Shown here piece by piece: positions 59,907 through 64,000 of a stretch of DNA of 64,000 nucleotides; the stretch's first letter is position 1; each line of letters opens with the position of its first letter. The stretch is from Calditrichia bacterium (lineage in GTDB: Bacteria; Calditrichota; Calditrichia; JAJRVZ01). The DNA lies in the NCBI GenBank assembly GCA_963777955.1, contig CAVZSQ010000021.1:32001-96000 (forward strand). Direction: 5' to 3'. The notes beneath the pieces are model-generated. The model did no database searches. It saw only the letters and a program-made list of their open reading frames with translations, and was not told where the DNA came from. Both the position numbers and the translations under genes were made by a program.

Positions 59907-61610
59907 CTATTCAGCAATAATCTTCGCTAAAGAATCAGCGGATAAAGGTTTGCTAAAGTAAAATCCCTGAATTTCGTCACATTCATGTTTGGCCAGATAT
60001 TCAACCTGGTCGCCGTTTTCGACTCCCTCCGCTATCACTTTTACACCCATCTTGTGGGCCAGTGAAATAATTGATGAAACGATTGAGGCGGTATTCTTGT
60101 TGGTAATAATATCACGGATAAAAGATTGATCTATTTTGATATGATCATGGGGAAAATTCTTAAGATACTGCAGGGAAGAATAACCGGTGCCAAAATCATC
60201 AATGGAGATACCGATTCCCATTTTCCTGATCTGTCCGAGTTTGTTCAGTGTTTCCGGCGAAGAACTGATTAATATGCTTTCAGTCAACTCAAACTCCAGT
60301 TCGGTACCGCGGATCTCTGTCTGCTGCATCATGGTGGAAACTTTGCCGATAAAATCCTGTTCGCGCAATTGCCCACCCGATACATTGATCGCCACCGGGG
60401 GTACAGTAATGCCCCGTTCTTTCCACTCTCTGATCTGCCTGCAAATTGAAGATGTTAACCAATCCCCGATCGGAACAATTAAACCATTCTGCTCGGCCAG
60501 AGGTATAAATTGAGCCGGCGAAACGATACCAAAATTTTCATGCTGCCATCTCAACAGGGCTTCGACACCGACAATTTTTTTATCGGCCAGATTTATCTTC
60601 GGTTGATAATAAATGACGAACTCCTGATTATCCAGTGCCCGGTGTAGTGCATTCTCCAGATGTATCTGGTCAAAGATGTGTTTCTTAATTTTGCTCTCGA
60701 AATACTGAAAATTATTATGCCCCTTATCGATCGCATAATGCAGGGCCAGTTCCGTTTCGGTTATCATCCGGGGAACTTCACAACTATGCAGTTGTTCCAG
60801 TGTGATACCGATACTGGCAGTAAAATGCATTTCCTGTTTATGATAAAGCAGAGGCCGGCGGATATTATTCAATATCTTGCCGGCTAAAATAGTAATCTTC
60901 GCCCGTTTGCTCAGTCCGTTGACCAGGATGGCGAATTCATCCCGGTCAGACCAATAAAGTTGAAAACGGTTTTTACAGATTTCCCGAATACGTTCCAGCA
61001 GCAGACTGATTAAGGAAGCGTACTCCGATTGTCCGATAAGATCGATGACATTGCGGAAGCGGTCAATCTTCACCAGCAGTAATGCTAGCAGTGCATCCTG
61101 GCTGGTTAAATTTTTCAGTTCTGAAACTTGCTGCTCCAGCAAATCAATTTTCGGCAATCCGGTGATCTGATCATAATTTTTAGTCTTCTCCAAATCGGAG
61201 CGCGTACGTGTGATCTCTTCTTCATAATGCTTGGTAATCTTATGATGACGGGTTATCCGGGCTTTCACCGCTGCGGTCAATTCATCAATGATTACCGGCT
61301 TCGATAAATAATCGTCAGCCCCCAGTTTCATGCCCTTTCTTAAATCTTCCATATCAGACCTGGCGGTTAGAAAAATAAAGGGGATGCTGCTGGTTTCCGG
61401 ATCGGCCTGCAGGGTTACCAAAACTTCATGACCGTTTATGCCTGGCATCGTAATATCGCAGATGATCAGATCCGGATGCAATTGCCGGGCTAATTGCAGA
61501 CCGCTTGAACCATCTCCCGCAGAACTAATTTCAAATCCCTGCAGAGTCAGTAATTCGCAGATGGATTCCCGTACGAGTTGTTCGTCTTCGATGATCAATA
61601 TTTTCGCCAT
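59907..61610 (-). CDS. Response regulator with degenerate GGDEF and EAL domains (c-di-GMP phosphodiesterase)
   Basis: REC (IIEDE, CDITMP, SKP); GGDEF position reads DRDEF; EALLRW, DDFGTGYSS, KIDQSF, EGVE. Confidence 0.9.
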   Translation of the reverse strand: MAKILIIEDEQLVRESICELLTLQGFEISSAGDGSSGLQLARQLHPDLIICDITMPGINGHEVLVTLQADPETSSIPFIFLTARSDMEDLRKGMKLGADDYLSKPVIIDELTAAVKARITRHHKITKHYEEEITRTRSDLEKTKNYDQITGLPKIDLLEQQVSELKNLTSQDALLALLLVKIDRFRNVIDLIGQSEYASLISLLLERIREICKNRFQLYWSDRDEFAILVNGLSKRAKITILAGKILNNIRRPLLYHKQEMHFTASIGITLEQLHSCEVPRMITETELALHYAIDKGHNNFQYFESKIKKHIFDQIHLENALHRALDNQEFVIYYQPKINLADKKIVGVEALLRWQHENFGIVSPAQFIPLAEQNGLIVPIGDWLTSSICRQIREWKERGITVPPVAINVSGGQLREQDFIGKVSTMMQQTEIRGTELEFELTESILISSSPETLNKLGQIRKMGIGISIDDFGTGYSSLQYLKNFPHDHIKIDQSFIRDIITNKNTASIVSSIISLAHKMGVKVIAEGVENGDQVEYLAKHECDEIQGFYFSKPLSADSLAKIIAE

Positions 61611-61830
61611 AGATTTTCCGACCGTTACCACGTTACCATGAATATCCCTGATCAAAAACTAAACATTAATCGTTTATTATTAATCCGATAAGCTTATAAT
61701 TATATTCGGCATAAATCAGCGAAACTTAGATTTGTGCTAAAGATTATGCAAGATTCTGTGCAGATTTTTTGTATTTAAATCGGGGTATTTGTATCAATAT
61801 GCAAAAATAGCCTGTATAATAGTGTATAAA

Positions 61831-63030
61831 TTACCAGATCCGGCACACCAATCCCTTAAGGTACGCAGATTCGGGGAAATGCAGGGCTACGGGATGATCA
61901 GCAGATTGGTTCAGGTTTTGCATGATCTGTGCCGATCGTCCTGCGTCCAGTGCCGCATCAGCCACCATTTTTTGGAATAAATCCGGTTGAATTGCTGCGG
62001 AGCAGGAAAAAGTTATCAGAATTCCGGCGGGTTTGATTAAGCGGCAGGCCAGCCAGTTAATATCTTTATAGCCGCGGGCAGCTTTATTTATCTGCCGGCG
62101 GGAATCGGCAAAACGGGGCGGATCCAGTATAATTATATCAAATTTCCGGCTGCTGTCCCGGAAATGACGTAATACCTGAAACACATCCCCGGTTATATTT
62201 TCATTACGGTCCGCTGCGATCCGGTTCAGTTCAAGATTTTTATTCAGCACTTCCAGAATGGTTGCTGAGGATTCAATATTGGTTACCTTCTGCGCTCCGG
62301 CCTGCAAGGCGGCTACGGTAAATCCACCGGTGTAGGAAAAACAATTCAGTATTTCCCGGCCGCCGCAGGCATATTTTTTTATCTGCTGCCTGCTGTTGCT
62401 TTGATCAATATAAAATCCGGTTTTATGTCCATGCTGCAAATCGACCCAGAACAGACTATCGCCTTCCTGCACCTGCACTAAATCAGTCGGAGGTTTTCCG
62501 GCCAGCACACCGCTGTATAAAGGCAGACCTTCTTTCTGTCGTGCTGCATCATCCGAACGTTCATAAATATTATAAGCAGGAAAATATTCCTGCAATATTT
62601 TGACAATTTGCTGTTTATGATATTCCGCACCGGTTGTCAGAAATTGGGCCACCAGGTAATCGGCGTAACGGTCGACGATCAATCCCGGGAGATTATCCGC
62701 TTCAGCGAAAATAAGTCGCTGCAAATTCGTACGGTCAGAACTTTTCAGGGCAGAGCGTGCCTGCAGGGCCCGGGCGATCGTTGAACGGAAAAATGTCTCA
62801 TTGACATTTTCCGACGGCTCGAAGCACCACATGCGGATTCTAATTTGTGAGTGCGGAGAATATGCTCCCAGTCCCAGGCGCTGCTGCTTATTATTTTCCA
62901 CGGCAATAGTAGCACCGGCCGCTGCCGCACCCGTAATCTTTTGTATGGCTCCGGAAAATATCCAGGGGTGCCGCCGTAATAAGGATTTTTCCCTGCCACT
63001 CTTGATAATAGCCACAGGTAAATCGGACAT
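61831..63030 (-). CDS. rlmI: 23S rRNA m5C1962 methyltransferase (RlmI-like, PUA plus SAM domains)
   Basis: RRHPWIFSGAI, EADNLPGLIVDRY, GHKTGFYIDQ, FSYTGGF, ILDPPRF, FSCS, YLKG. Confidence 0.92.
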   Translation of the reverse strand: MSDLPVAIIKSGREKSLLRRHPWIFSGAIQKITGAAAAGATIAVENNKQQRLGLGAYSPHSQIRIRMWCFEPSENVNETFFRSTIARALQARSALKSSDRTNLQRLIFAEADNLPGLIVDRYADYLVAQFLTTGAEYHKQQIVKILQEYFPAYNIYERSDDAARQKEGLPLYSGVLAGKPPTDLVQVQEGDSLFWVDLQHGHKTGFYIDQSNSRQQIKKYACGGREILNCFSYTGGFTVAALQAGAQKVTNIESSATILEVLNKNLELNRIAADRNENITGDVFQVLRHFRDSSRKFDIIILDPPRFADSRRQINKAARGYKDINWLACRLIKPAGILITFSCSAAIQPDLFQKMVADAALDAGRSAQIMQNLNQSADHPVALHFPESAYLKGLVCRIW

Positions 63031-63569
63031 AATCGCTTGAATTTTATTTGATCTGTTGATCAGCTGCTACCGTTAACCTGATCAATATATAAAATAAACT
63101 GAATATTTGCCGGAATTCCTTCAAATCGGTATTATTCAGGTGATTCTTACCAGTAAGATTACTAATAATATTCCAATTTTAATATTTTTTTCATCTTTTG
63201 AAGATTTTTATTGATAGCGCATCCTAGATTAATTATATTTTCACAACTTTTAGCATAAGGAGTGCTGAGCACTGTGAAGATTAAGTTTGGTTTGTTCATC
63301 CAACAAGATCTTTCGAAAAATTTCAAGACCTTTTTGAACCCTGGTTCTATCATCAGGAATTATTTTCATTCCTTTCTGATCCTTGATTCACTGTTTAATG
63401 GTGATCAGGGCATTCAAATCAACAAGAGATTATAGTCCCCTCTCTCTGCACGGGCACACTTTTTCGTTATCCGCTCACAAATTTCATCAGTCCTTTAACG
63501 TGGGTGTTACCCGGCTGCGCAGCAGTACAAATATTTTTTCACATATTATCAAACAAAACAAAAATAAAA

Positions 63570-64000
63570 ATGAAAATTGCTGTAACGTTTAGCAGTAAAC
63601 AAGGACTGCTGAACGAATATAAAAAAAGAATGGGGCCGGATGCGGCGGCTGAAGACATTCCTGCGGATTATTTTGCCGAAGGCGACAGTATGCAAACCAT
63701 TCAAGCGGTTATTGACGCTATCGCCCAGGGGAAATATGAGGTCACAGGCATTGAAGCGGATGATAACCTGGCCGCAGGTCTGCAGAAAATTAAACCTGAT
63801 CTGATTTTTAATATCGCCGAAGGATTATGGGGTGACTGCCGCGAATCTTATGTCCCGATGATCTGTGAAAGATCAGGACTGCCCTACAGTGGCTCCGATC
63901 CTTTGACCCTGGCTATATGTTTGAATAAAGCCCGGGCTAAGGAGATTCTATCTTTCCATAAAATTCCCACACCGGCTTTTAAAATCATTACTCCGGAGGA
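63570..64000 (+). CDS. D-alanine--D-alanine ligase-like ATP-grasp protein (5' part only, runs off the window edge)
   Basis: Not in the ORF track. Manual translation: MKIAVTF...FAEGDSMQTI...PDLIFNIAEGLWGDCRESYVPMICE..GLPYSGSDPLTLAICLNKARAKEIL. Confidence 0.85.
   Translation, partial: MKIAVTFSSKQGLLNEYKKRMGPDAAAEDIPADYFAEGDSMQTIQAVIDAIAQGKYEVTGIEADDNLAAGLQKIKPDLIFNIAEGLWGDCRESYVPMICERSGLPYSGSDPLTLAICLNKARAKEILSFHKIPTPAFKIITPE

Noticed and set aside
63031..63569. Riboswitch or ncRNA in the 540-bp intergenic region
   Set aside because: Only short hairpins (gggt-gtt-accc, gctgcgcagc) and no aptamer consensus I recognise; an Rfam cmscan would be needed to exclude one
1..64000. tRNA/rRNA genes, prophage, integrase, reverse transcriptase systems
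   Set aside because: No T-loop/cloverleaf or rRNA signatures noticed in intergenic DNA, and none of the ORFs carry the corresponding motifs

Overview
A 64-kb chromosomal window from a moderately GC-rich diderm bacterium. An FCB-related lineage such as Calditrichota or KSB1 is inferred from the ccoNO fusion, the Bacteroidota-like RpoZ and a T9SS-type C-terminal tail; this is not proven. Gene content is mostly housekeeping and metabolic: valS, rarA, rpoZ, glgP with a debranching-enzyme-family lipoprotein, an MsbA-like ABC transporter, ilvE, a YkfC/dipeptide epimerase murein-recycling pair, a complete cbb3-type oxidase cluster (ccoI-S-NO-Q-P-G-H), a SerA-like dehydrogenase, cysQ, rlmB, a TetR(FadR)-headed beta-oxidation/ETF operon, rsgA, a hybrid kinase with a REC-GGDEF*-EAL partner, rlmI and a partial Ddl-like ATP-grasp gene. 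A mazEF toxin-antitoxin pair is also present. About 16 apparent frameshifts in 14 otherwise intact genes most likely reflect sequencing indel errors. I found no rRNA, tRNA, CRISPR array, transposase, integrase or phage gene. The best leads are: (1) a translationally coupled operon encoding a K+ channel, a stand-alone cNMP-binding protein and a HEAT-repeat protein with a four-Cys motif; (2) several unrelated non-coding palindromic or tandem elements, including a 211-bp MITE-like element with 42-bp TIRs and a 7-bp direct repeat, and an inverted pair of 71-bp hairpins bracketing mazEF and rpoZ; (3) a perfect Bacillus-type FadR operator in front of a FadI/FadJ-type operon; (4) a mono-heme CcoP with a large unexplained insert.
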